DNA from: a bacterium
GTDB lineage: Bacteria > Zhuqueibacterota > Zhuqueibacteria > Oceanimicrobiales > Oceanimicrobiaceae
Length of the DNA: 40,262 nucleotides
Reading direction: 5' to 3'
Assembly: GCA_037446635.1 (NCBI GenBank)
Contig: JBBIIG010000038.1
Location: forward strand, 1 to 40,262
Shown here: piece after piece, positions 1-8,136 of the stretch
Layout of the letters: each line of letters opens with the position of its first letter
Numbering within the stretch: the stretch's first letter is position 1
The notes under the pieces: generated by a model
Told to the model about the DNA's origin: nothing
Seen by the model: only the letters and a program-made list of their open reading frames with translations
Database searches by the model: none
Position numbers and translations under genes: made by a program

Positions 1-1033
1 CCGGCGTGCCCACCGGTCCCGAGTATGAAGTAATGGTTACTGGCGCCGGCTTGCCAGTATAGTAAGCGGTGTAAGTCGCATGGTCAGGGGGCGTAAACGT
101 CTTTTGTGCTGATGTGCTGCCGTCCCACCAATGGTGGAACGAATAGATGATGCCGTTGTAAGTTTGCTGAATCGCCTGGCCGGTGATAGAGGTGGTCTCT
201 TGTACTTTGAAAGCGGAAGTGGGTAAAGTATATTGTTGGCCATTCACTTTGATTATGCCAGCGTTGCCCACGCCAACGAAAGAATTCTGGAAGGTAATAT
301 TGAATTCCTTCCAAAATCTCGCCGTAATCGACCTTTTGGTGTCGATGTTGCTATCAATCCTTTTGAATGTGGTTGCTTTTGATGAGGTACTCTGTATTTC
401 CACCCCCGCCTCAGCTAACCATTGATAAAAGCGGCGCACGTAGTTATCAACGCGTTGGCCATCCATTGTGGCTTCGATCGTATGAGAAACATTCCAGCCG
501 GCATTGAAAGAATAGGGCGCGTTTTTCAGCACACCGTCAACCTTAATCGTGCCGCCCGAGAATTCATTCTTTAATTCCGTTTTCCAGCCGCTTTTTCGGC
601 GGTAATAGCCAATCGGATTGCCGCGCCAGGTTGCCCCGTTCTTGCCCTCAATAATATCACGGAGGGGAACATCCTTTTCCTCGGGCTTTCCCTCCCCATC
701 AACATGGTCGACTTTAAGGCTATCTGCATTTTTTGCCGCTATGCGGCTAACATAAGCAACATGACCGTTAAAGCTGATAATATCACCTACGCTCACAGTA
801 CTGTATGAGAACGGTGTGGTATAGTTGAAATACAGATCGCTGATTCCGTCAAGATAAAGTGTCCGTGCTGGACAAATAGGGTCATCCCAAGTTTTGCCAA
901 AGGCTCTTGCAGTAGCATAGCCATAGCAAATACTCTTGAGATGAGCCGTACCGCGACAGGGTGGGACATGTTGCGCCATTAAGGATGTTACCCCCAATAT
1001 GATCAAGCTAACTCCGGTCAAAAACTTTTTCAT
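1..1033 (-). CDS. Secreted protein, 3'-truncated by window edge; N-terminal CHAP/NlpC-like Cys-His domain followed by beta-rich repeats
   Basis: Not in ORF track. ATG at 1033 with GGAGG upstream; manual translation is open to base 1: MKKFLTGVSLIILGVTSLMAQ (signal peptide)...ICYGYATARA...GDIISFNGHVAYV...FHHWWDGSTSAQKTF. Confidence 0.8.
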   Translation of the reverse strand, partial: MKKFLTGVSLIILGVTSLMAQHVPPCRGTAHLKSICYGYATARAFGKTWDDPICPARTLYLDGISDLYFNYTTPFSYSTVSVGDIISFNGHVAYVSRIAAKNADSLKVDHVDGEGKPEEKDVPLRDIIEGKNGATWRGNPIGYYRRKSGWKTELKNEFSGGTIKVDGVLKNAPYSFNAGWNVSHTIEATMDGQRVDNYVRRFYQWLAEAGVEIQSTSSKATTFKRIDSNIDTKRSITARFWKEFNITFQNSFVGVGNAGIIKVNGQQYTLPTSAFKVQETTSITGQAIQQTYNGIIYSFHHWWDGSTSAQKTFTPPDHATYTAYYTGKPAPVTITSYSGPVGTP

Positions 1034-1068
1034 AAGTAATGTTCCCTCCAAGCCTGCAGAGAAATCTT

Positions 1069-1098
1069 TTGCAAATTTCCTTCTCTGTGGCTTATATT
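1069..1098 (+). promoter_or_regulatory. Putative sigma70 promoter TTGCAA-18-TATATT, antisense to the gene cluster
   Basis: TTGCAA 1069-1074 and TATATT 1093-1098; predicted start ~1104 coincides with the start of a stem. Confidence 0.4.
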
Positions 1099-1103
1099 GA
1101 ATT

Positions 1104-1198
1104 GGGTTTAAATTGAGTCGGCTGTTGAGCCGACATGTGAACTGTTTAAGCCCGTTTGGCCCCCTTGCTGCTGAGATCGCAGCGGCAAGGGGTTTTTT
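1104..1198 (+). ncRNA. Candidate ~95-nt structured antisense sRNA
   Basis: GGGTTTAAA(1104-1112)/TTTAAGCCC(1145-1153) stem enclosing GTCGGCT-GTTG-AGCCGAC hairpin, then a 13-bp hairpin plus T6. Confidence 0.35.
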
Positions 1199-1224
1199 AC
1201 AATCATAGGCCTCACCTCCTTTTC
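1144..1224. repeat. Leader/hairpin repeat unit, copy 1
   Basis: Near-identical to 2326-2405 and 3524-3601. Confidence 0.9.
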
Positions 1225-1236
1225 GCATGAGCACCT

Positions 1237-2277
1237 TCACTTTCCATACAGAACTATTGTGTTTTGTGGAAAATTGAATGTGTAGCCTATAATAAACACT
1301 TCATTGCCGTCTGTCCAAATACCAGAAAAAATAACATCGTTAAACTGAAAATTTTCGTATTCAAACCAATCCAAGCCATTATAATGAAATATTCGTGAAC
1401 TACCTGCTGCAAACAGATTAGTATCACTGGTTCCAAAAATCGTATAGGTGATTGTCTCCAGACCCTCCGAGAGGGTATTCCAGGACGTCCCATCCCACAG
1501 CCGCACTTCACTGCCGGAAGCGTACAATTTCCCGCTAGGACTCAGCCAGATGCTGCTGAAATATTGGTACAGCATACTATCCGCGATCGCCCAGGCATTA
1601 TCCTGTCGTTTGAAGAGATAATAACGTTCCGATCCATCTGGAGGAGGGGCAAACAATAACATGAATATATCACCTGCGGTATTGCCCGTGACGGCGTAGA
1701 AATTATATACAGGATCAGCATCTGTGGGTATGAACAGAGGCACTGAGTCAGCGCGCCAGAAATTTCCATCGTAATGATACAGTGCCCCATTGATACCACC
1801 TGCCCAAATATCCTCAGGTGATCTTCCCCAAATTGAAGTTAAGCCTCTTTGTTTAGTCAGCGAAGCTGGCTGCCAAGTCGAACCATCATAATGTACCACC
1901 AGGCTGGAATCCAAAAAATTTGGGGGCGGATTCGGATTTTCATACGACAGAATACCGACCGCCCAAACATCTTCTTTTGAAAAACCAAATATAGCTTCGA
2001 GACTAAATAGGCCTAGTGGCAAATTTATGGGGTTCCAATTTTTTCCATCAAAATGGAACATTTTGCCAAAGCCGCGTTCATTGTGGCCCACCACATAGAC
2101 ATCCTTTGGCGAACTGCCCCAAATGTCAAACATAATTGTCTGAAGGCTGCCAGGATAAGAGAGGGTATCTATCTCCCAGGTATAGTCACGAGGACTTTTC
2201 AAGCGTTCAGGGCCAGTCGGATTATGAGAACAAGCCGCTGAAGCAATTAGGAAAATCAATACAAGGTTACTTTTCAT
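1237..2277 (-). CDS. Beta-propeller lipoprotein (DIWGSSPxDVYVVG-type repeats), paralog 1
   Basis: Start at 2277 matches the paralog; lipobox-like ASAAC; repeated 'IWG.S..D(V/I)(W/Y)A.G....HYDG..W'. Confidence 0.85.
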   Translation of the reverse strand: MKSNLVLIFLIASAACSHNPTGPERLKSPRDYTWEIDTLSYPGSLQTIMFDIWGSSPKDVYVVGHNERGFGKMFHFDGKNWNPINLPLGLFSLEAIFGFSKEDVWAVGILSYENPNPPPNFLDSSLVVHYDGSTWQPASLTKQRGLTSIWGRSPEDIWAGGINGALYHYDGNFWRADSVPLFIPTDADPVYNFYAVTGNTAGDIFMLLFAPPPDGSERYYLFKRQDNAWAIADSMLYQYFSSIWLSPSGKLYASGSEVRLWDGTSWNTLSEGLETITYTIFGTSDTNLFAAGSSRIFHYNGLDWFEYENFQFNDVIFSGIWTDGNEVFIIGYTFNFPQNTIVLYGK

Positions 2278-2325
2278 ACTCTCACTCCATCGATTAATTG
2301 CGAAGAACGTCCCCTTGGGATTCAC

Positions 2326-2405
2326 GTTTAAGCCCGTTTCGCCCCTTGCTGCTGAGACCGCAGCGGCAAGGGGTTTTTTACAATCATAGTTCTCACCTCC
2401 TTTTC
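2326..2405. repeat. Leader/hairpin repeat unit, copy 2
   Basis: GTTTAAGCCCG...CCCCTTGCTGCTGAGACCGCAGCGGCAAGGGGTTTTTT...CAT...CTCACCTCC. Confidence 0.9.
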
Positions 2406-2420
2406 GAATGAACTGTGTCT

Positions 2421-3473
2421 TTATTTCCCGTGCAGAACCACTGTGTTTTGCGGAAAATCAAACATAATCCCCATAACAAATGCTTCTCTCCCGTCTGTCC
2501 AAACATCTGTATAAAGCACGTTGGGAAGCTGCAAATTTTCGAAGGTGTGCCAATCATTTCCATCATAATGAACAACTACCCCATGACCGCCGCCATCGCC
2601 AACTACAATAATATTGTCGTCGCTGGTGCCGGTCATTTCGACCGCTGTGAAGCGGTCGAGATCGAAGAATTCTTTCCAAAATGACCCTTCCCATATTCTC
2701 ACCTGACTCCCTGCCGCGTATAACTTTCCCGCCGGACTCAGCCAGATGCTGCTGAAATATTGGTACAGCATACTGTCAGCGATTGCCCAGGCATCATCCT
2801 GTCGTCTAAAGAGGTAATAACGTTCCGAACCGTTTGGAGGGGGAGCAAACAATAATGCGAATATATCATCTGTGTTATTGCCCGTGAAGGCATAGAAATT
2901 ATATACAGGATCAGCATCTGTGGGTATGAACAGAGGCACTGAGTCAGCGCGCCAGAAATTTCCATCGTAATGATACAGTGCCCCATTGATACCGCCCGCC
3001 CAAATATCCGCAGCAGAGCTTCCCCAAATGGCAGTCAGTCCCCTTTGCCTGGTTAGCGAAACTTGCTGCCAAGTCGAACCATCATAATGTACCACCAGGC
3101 TGGAATCCAGAAAATTTGGGGGTGGACTCGGATTATCATAAGATTGAATACCGACTGCCCAAACATCTCCTGCCGAAAAGCCAAACATGGCTTCAAGACT
3201 GAATAGACCTAATGGCAAATTTATCGCCTTCCATTTCTGACCATTATAATGGAACATTTTGCCAAAGCCGCGTTCATTGTGCCCTACTACATAGACATCA
3301 TTTGGAGAGCTGCCCCATATGTCAGACATTATTGTTTGAAGGCTACCAGGATAGGACAGGGTATCTACCTCCCACGTATAGTCACGAGGACTTTTCGAGC
3401 GTTCGGGGCCAACCGGATTATGAGAACAAGCCGTCAAAGCAATTAGGAAAAACATCACAAAGTTACTTTTCAT
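2421..3473 (-). CDS. Beta-propeller lipoprotein, paralog 2
   Basis: Lipobox LTAC; highly similar to 1237-2277 except the C-terminal ~75 aa. Confidence 0.85.
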   Translation of the reverse strand: MKSNFVMFFLIALTACSHNPVGPERSKSPRDYTWEVDTLSYPGSLQTIMSDIWGSSPNDVYVVGHNERGFGKMFHYNGQKWKAINLPLGLFSLEAMFGFSAGDVWAVGIQSYDNPSPPPNFLDSSLVVHYDGSTWQQVSLTRQRGLTAIWGSSAADIWAGGINGALYHYDGNFWRADSVPLFIPTDADPVYNFYAFTGNNTDDIFALLFAPPPNGSERYYLFRRQDDAWAIADSMLYQYFSSIWLSPAGKLYAAGSQVRIWEGSFWKEFFDLDRFTAVEMTGTSDDNIIVVGDGGGHGVVVHYDGNDWHTFENLQLPNVLYTDVWTDGREAFVMGIMFDFPQNTVVLHGK

Positions 3474-3523
3474 ACTCTCACTTCCATCGATTAATTTGCG
3501 AAGAACGTCCCCTTGGGATTCAC

Positions 3524-3601
3524 GTTTAAGCCCGTTTCGCCCCTTGCCGCTGCGGTCTCAGCGGCAAGGGTTTTTTTGCAATCATAGGCCTCACCTCCCT
3601 T
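3524..3601. repeat. Leader/hairpin repeat unit, copy 3 (loop inverted)
   Basis: Same unit; loop CGGTCT is the reverse complement of AGACCG in copy 2. Confidence 0.9.
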
Positions 3602-3923
3602 CACTTTCATAGCGCTTTTCAGGCCACGATTTCTCTTGTACGAGAAGCTGTCACAATCATTTCACTTGCCGTGTAAAATAATGGTGATCTTGTCGCTTAG
3701 CACGCTGGGAGACAAAGACAAACTAAAGTTTGTTACTTCTTTTTGCCCCATGCGCAAGCCGCGGCAACCGCATCTAAGAAATGTAACGCAACGAATTCCA
3801 TTTATGAGAACATCAAACTTTCTTCAACCTGTCGGCGGTCGCCGCACGCCTGTCGCATGGTCACAACTTCGCAAGCAGCCCCCAGATCATCCACCTTTGG
3901 CAACGAGTGAAAAGAGGGTTCTT

Positions 3924-4031
3924 CTGCGCCTGCATGGCAGGCGCAGTCCAAAAATTATTTCTGCGCCTGCATGGCAGGCGCAGTCCAAAAATTACTTCTG
4001 CGCCTGTATGACAGGCGCAGTCCAAAAATTA
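3924..4031. repeat. Three tandem 37-bp palindromic (REP-like) units downstream of gltA
   Basis: CTGCGCCTGC-ATG-GCAGGCGCAG-TCCAAAAATTA at 3924, 3961 and 3998. Confidence 0.9.
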
Positions 4032-4034
4032 GTG

Positions 4035-5342
4035 CTACTTCCGCTTTTCGATCGGAATATAATCCCGGATGTCATATCCCGTGTACACCTGCCGCGGGCG
4101 GGCGATTTTCTGATCGGCGTCGTCCAACATTTCCTGCCACTGCGCCAGCCAGCCCACCGTGCGCGGAATCGCAAACAACACCGGGAACATATCCACCGGG
4201 AAGCCGATGGCTTGATAGATGATGCCCGAGTAGAAATCAACGTTGGGGTAGAGCTTGCGGCTCACGAAGTAGTCGTCCTCCAGTGCGATGCGCTCCAGCT
4301 CCAGCGCGATGTCCAGCAGCGGATTTTTGCCGGTGACTTCGAACACCTTCGGCGCCATTTCGCGCAGGATGCGGGCGCGGGGATCGTAATTTTTGTACAC
4401 CCGATGTCCGAAGCCCATCAAGCGAAACTCACCGGCCTTGGTGCGCTTGATATACTCCGGCACTTTGTCCTTGCTGCCGATTTCCTTCAACATGCGCAGC
4501 ACCTGCTCGTTGGCGCCGCCGTGCAGCGGACCGTACAACGCCGCGGCGGCGGAAGCGACAGCTACGTACGGATCCGGCAGCGAGCTGCCCACGCCGCGCA
4601 TAACGTTGGCGCTGCAGTTTTGCTCGTGATCGGCATGCAGAATGAACAGCACGTCCAGCGCCTTTTCCAACACTTCATTGGGCTTGTACTTCAGCTCCGC
4701 CATTTTGAACAGCATGTTGAGGAAATTGCCGGCGTAGCTGAGCTCGTTGTCCGGGTAAACATACGGCAGCCCCATGCTGTGTCGGTAAGCAAAGGCCGCG
4801 ATGGTCGGCATCTTCGCTACCAACCGGTAAATTTCTAACTTGCGGGTTTCGAGGTCGCGGACTTTTTTGGCTTCGGGATAAAACGTTGAGAGTGCCGCCA
4901 CCGTGCTGACGAGAATGCCCATCGGGTGCGCATCGTAATGGAAGCCATCCATAAATTTCTTGATCTGCTCATGAATCATAGTGTGATGCGTGATGTTCCA
5001 CTTCCAATCCTCGAGCTGCGATTTGGTGGGAAGCTCGCCGTGCAAAATCATGTAGGCGGTTTCGAGGAAGTTGCTTTTCTCCGCCAGCTTCTCGATGTGA
5101 TAGCCGCGATAGTGCAGGATGCCGCGCTCGCCATCAATGAAGCAGATGGAGCTTTTGCACGACGCGGTGTTGGTGAAGCCGGGATCGTAGCTCAGCATCC
5201 CGAAGTCATCGTCGGAGACTTTGATCTGGCGCAAGTCCGCAGCCTTGATGGCGGCGCCGTATTTGTGGTACGTCCCGTACATGATGGGAACTTCGTACTT
5301 CTTGCCAGTACGATTGTCGATGATGGTGAGTGTGTCTGCCAT
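4035..5342 (-). CDS. gltA: Citrate synthase
   Basis: YDPGFTNTASCKS, LHADHEQNCS, GPLHGGANE, LMGFGHRVYKNYDPRA, YPNVDFYSG. Confidence 0.98.
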   Translation of the reverse strand: MADTLTIIDNRTGKKYEVPIMYGTYHKYGAAIKAADLRQIKVSDDDFGMLSYDPGFTNTASCKSSICFIDGERGILHYRGYHIEKLAEKSNFLETAYMILHGELPTKSQLEDWKWNITHHTMIHEQIKKFMDGFHYDAHPMGILVSTVAALSTFYPEAKKVRDLETRKLEIYRLVAKMPTIAAFAYRHSMGLPYVYPDNELSYAGNFLNMLFKMAELKYKPNEVLEKALDVLFILHADHEQNCSANVMRGVGSSLPDPYVAVASAAAALYGPLHGGANEQVLRMLKEIGSKDKVPEYIKRTKAGEFRLMGFGHRVYKNYDPRARILREMAPKVFEVTGKNPLLDIALELERIALEDDYFVSRKLYPNVDFYSGIIYQAIGFPVDMFPVLFAIPRTVGWLAQWQEMLDDADQKIARPRQVYTGYDIRDYIPIEKRK

Positions 5343-5617
5343 ACGAAACCTCCTTCATTTGTACACGTGTCGGGATGCGATTTAGGGAAAGCGAAAAAAA
5401 GAGCACGATGCCGTCGGGCCTGATTTTTAGCTTTTCCCTGCGCATCCATATTCAGTTAATTGTTTGTCTCAGTGAAGCAAAACACTTTGTGTGTTGCAGG
5501 ACATCAAATTCTTAATGGGCTGTTCAAAGATTGTCTTGATTTCCGTTTGTTCTTTGTTTATCTTCAATACAAAAAAAGCGACCTAATCCCAACTCAAAAG
5601 GTCGATGGGTGGAAGCA

Positions 5618-5998
5618 ATGGAAGTCGATGAAAAAAAACTCGAGGAGATGATTGACCAGGCGGTACGAAAGCACCTCAAGCAAAATTTTGAAAACATGCA
5701 AGAGGTGCGCCGCTTGCCGGCAGGTTCGGTCATTCGTATCGAAGGTCGCCTGGATTCCATAGAGTCACGTATTGACCGTGACATGGTAACCCGCGCTGAA
5801 TTCCATGAGGCGCTTGGACAAGTCAACTCTCGCCTGGCAAAATTGGAAAGTTCAGTAACTGGCATGGTTACCCGCACCGAGTTTAAAGATGAAATCTGGA
5901 AACTCAAGCTCTATCTTCTCCTGTTAGCTGGATTGATCTTATTTACTAACCCTACCGTGCTGGAGCTTTTCGGAAAACTTTTGGGCATCATCAAATAG
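5618..5998 (+). CDS. Coiled-coil protein with C-terminal membrane anchor (DUF1640/CCDC90-like)
   Basis: MVTRAEF/MVTRTEF repeats and hydrophobic tail LYLLLLAGLILF; start may be 5609. Confidence 0.7.
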   Translation: MEVDEKKLEEMIDQAVRKHLKQNFENMQEVRRLPAGSVIRIEGRLDSIESRIDRDMVTRAEFHEALGQVNSRLAKLESSVTGMVTRTEFKDEIWKLKLYLLLLAGLILFTNPTVLELFGKLLGIIK

Positions 5999-6009
5999 TC
6001 CTCCCGGAA

Positions 6010-6184
6010 GAGCGTAAAGCGTAGAGCGATGAGCAAAAAAGCGCTGCACGCTTTACGCTCTCCGCTCCTCACCTTCTCCATTCACCTTTCGCCTTTTGTC
6101 TTCACAAATCCCAAATCTCAATCGCATTTCGGAAATTGGATATTGGGTTTTGTTTATCATTTGGCTTTTGTTTTTTGGGATTTC
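6010..6184. repeat. Two short-period inverted repeat hairpins overlapping the mdh 3' end
   Basis: AGAGCGTAAAGCGT...ACGCTTTACGCTCT; AAATCCCAAATCTCAA...TTTTGGGATTT. Confidence 0.6.
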
Positions 6185-7137
6185 TCAGTCATCGCCACCA
6201 CTTCCTCCGCTGTCTTGCGCACCGAGGCCACCGACTTCGCGAACGCTGCCTTCTCCTTTTCCGTCAAATCCATCTCGATGATTTTCTCAACGCCCTTCGC
6301 TCCCAGAATCGCCGGCACGCCCACGAAGAGATCCGTTACGCCGTATTCACCCTTCAAGAGAGCGCTGACGGCGAGGATTTTCTTTTTGTCAAAAATGATG
6401 GCCTCGACCATCTCCAATGCGCTCCACGCCGGCGAGACGAACGCCGAACCGACGCCTAACAGTTTCACGATTTCACCGCCGGCTTTGCGGGTGCGATCTT
6501 CGATGGCGTCCAATTTTTCGGGAGAGACGAATTTTTCCACCGGCAATCCGGCAATGCGACACGCGGAGCGAATCGGCAGCATGTCATCGCCGTGGCCGCC
6601 AAGCACCAGCGCCACCACGTTTTCGACGCTCACGCCCGCGGCTTCCGCCACAAAGTAGCGATAGCGCGCGGAATCCAGCACGCCGGCCATGCCCACTAAC
6701 TTTTCCCGCGGCGGCTTCAAATTCATGTTCAGGCGATAGACAATCGCATCGAGGGGATTGGCAATGGAAATAATGATAGCCTTCGGGCAGAAGCGGGCGA
6801 TGCCGTCGCTCACTTCATCGGTGATTTTCAAATTTGTGGCCAGCAACTCCTCGCGGGTGGGAATGGTGCCGTCGGGCCGCGCCGTGCGCGGAACGCCGGC
6901 GGTGTTGATGACCAGGTCCGCGCCGTCGATGACGTTATACTCTTTCGAGGCCAGCATTTTGATATCGGAAAAAATGATGGGCAACCCCTCGGCGATATCA
7001 AGCATTTTCCCGCGCGCGAGATCGGGGCCTTTGATGTCCACCATCGCCACTTCCCGCGCCAGCCGCCGGCGGGCAATCTCCTGCGCCAGAACCCCGCCAA
7101 TGTTGCCGCCGCCGATTAATGCAATTTTGTTTAGCAT
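6157..7137 (-). CDS. mdh: Malate dehydrogenase (LDH-like)
   Basis: IGGGNIG Rossmann motif, TAGVPR, ANPLDA, GMAGVLDSAR, LGGHGDDM, GGEIV; near gltA. Confidence 0.95.
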   Translation of the reverse strand: MLNKIALIGGGNIGGVLAQEIARRRLAREVAMVDIKGPDLARGKMLDIAEGLPIIFSDIKMLASKEYNVIDGADLVINTAGVPRTARPDGTIPTREELLATNLKITDEVSDGIARFCPKAIIISIANPLDAIVYRLNMNLKPPREKLVGMAGVLDSARYRYFVAEAAGVSVENVVALVLGGHGDDMLPIRSACRIAGLPVEKFVSPEKLDAIEDRTRKAGGEIVKLLGVGSAFVSPAWSALEMVEAIIFDKKKILAVSALLKGEYGVTDLFVGVPAILGAKGVEKIIEMDLTEKEKAAFAKSVASVRKTAEEVVAMTEKSQKTKAK

Positions 7138-7581
7138 AGCTCTCTCCTTTTTTAGTTTCCAAAAATAAAAAAGGCCTTAAAAAATTAAGACCTCTTGAAT
7201 TACCTTAAACCATAACTGGATTCCGTAATTAAGACGTGCAACAGAAATTTTGGAAATGCTTTAAAAATTGTTCAAAACCCGTGCCCAACCTATTTTTCTC
7301 GACAGATAATTGAAGTAGAAGTAATGTATTGATTTTTATAGATCCTAAGTCTTTTCACCAAAAGCCCTCGAAGTTGAAGCTCTTTGAATGTTCTCATTTC
7401 TAAGAATAAGGCCAATCTTATTCTTATTTTTGGGAAAACGTTTTTCTGCAATACCATGCTGAGCGGCTGCAAGGCATAAACGCTGTCTGAACTCAAGTCA
7501 TCGATTCGTCAAAGTTCATAGCCTCAACCTTGCAGCCCGCTCAGCCATTTCACATCTGCCATCTGCACTTTGCCGTCTGCC

Positions 7582-8109
7582 TCACCCAATCGCGAACTTC
7601 TTCACCGACTTCCCCGGGCTACAGCAAATGTAAATACTCTGAAACGCATCGACGGTGCGCGTTCCGTTCGCAGCGGCCCAACTGCGTTCATCAAAACGCA
7701 ACCTGGCTGCCTCCACGTGGCGGCCGTCCGGAGATGTTTTGAGGTACTTCGCATAACTTTGGGGACGATTGCTGAACTTTGCCCGCAGCCAGCGCCATTC
7801 GTCCTTGCGCGCGAGGAGAATTTTCAAAGATTATGCTCTGCTTTTTGACTGGAATTAGCTTTTTATAAAATTCAACAATTCTTTTCCCAAGAAAACATAG
7901 ACCTTCCCATTCTTTGCAGACGCCGACGTCACGATCAGATCATCGATTTGATCGTGATCGATATCCAAGCATCGCACGATGCTGCCAAACTCTTCGTTAT
8001 CTTCCACGCCGTGGATGACTAAATCCGCACTTTGCTGCAAATTCCCCGGTAGCAGTCTCTCCGAAACCAGGGTTGCGACTTTCTCGCCGCGGACGTTATA
8101 AATTTTATT
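7582..8109 (-). pseudogene. Mosaic of gene remnants (T9SS CTD fragment, FG-GAP repeat fragment, helical repeat fragment)
   Basis: KIYNVRGEKVATLVSERLLPGN in frame with ...DIDHDQIDDLIV...NGKVYVFLG, no start codon; then SYAKYLKTSPDGRHVEAAR fragment. Confidence 0.6.
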
Positions 8110-8136
8110 TGTTTTTTTAATTCGTCTTTAAGCCTC

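Noticed and set aside
1108..1206. Type I toxin-antitoxin (small ORF plus antisense RNA)
   Set aside because: The peptides are short, basic or polar and non-hydrophobic, unlike typical type I toxins; kept only as leader and sRNA candidates
3924..4031. CRISPR array (37-bp palindromic repeats)
   Set aside because: Units are head-to-tail with no unique spacers, and there are no cas genes in the window
3636..4838. 400-aa + strand ORF
   Set aside because: Antisense shadow of gltA running through repeats
7290..7496. 68-aa ORF in the AT-rich region upstream of mdh
   Set aside because: No RBS or recognisable motif; cannot be supported
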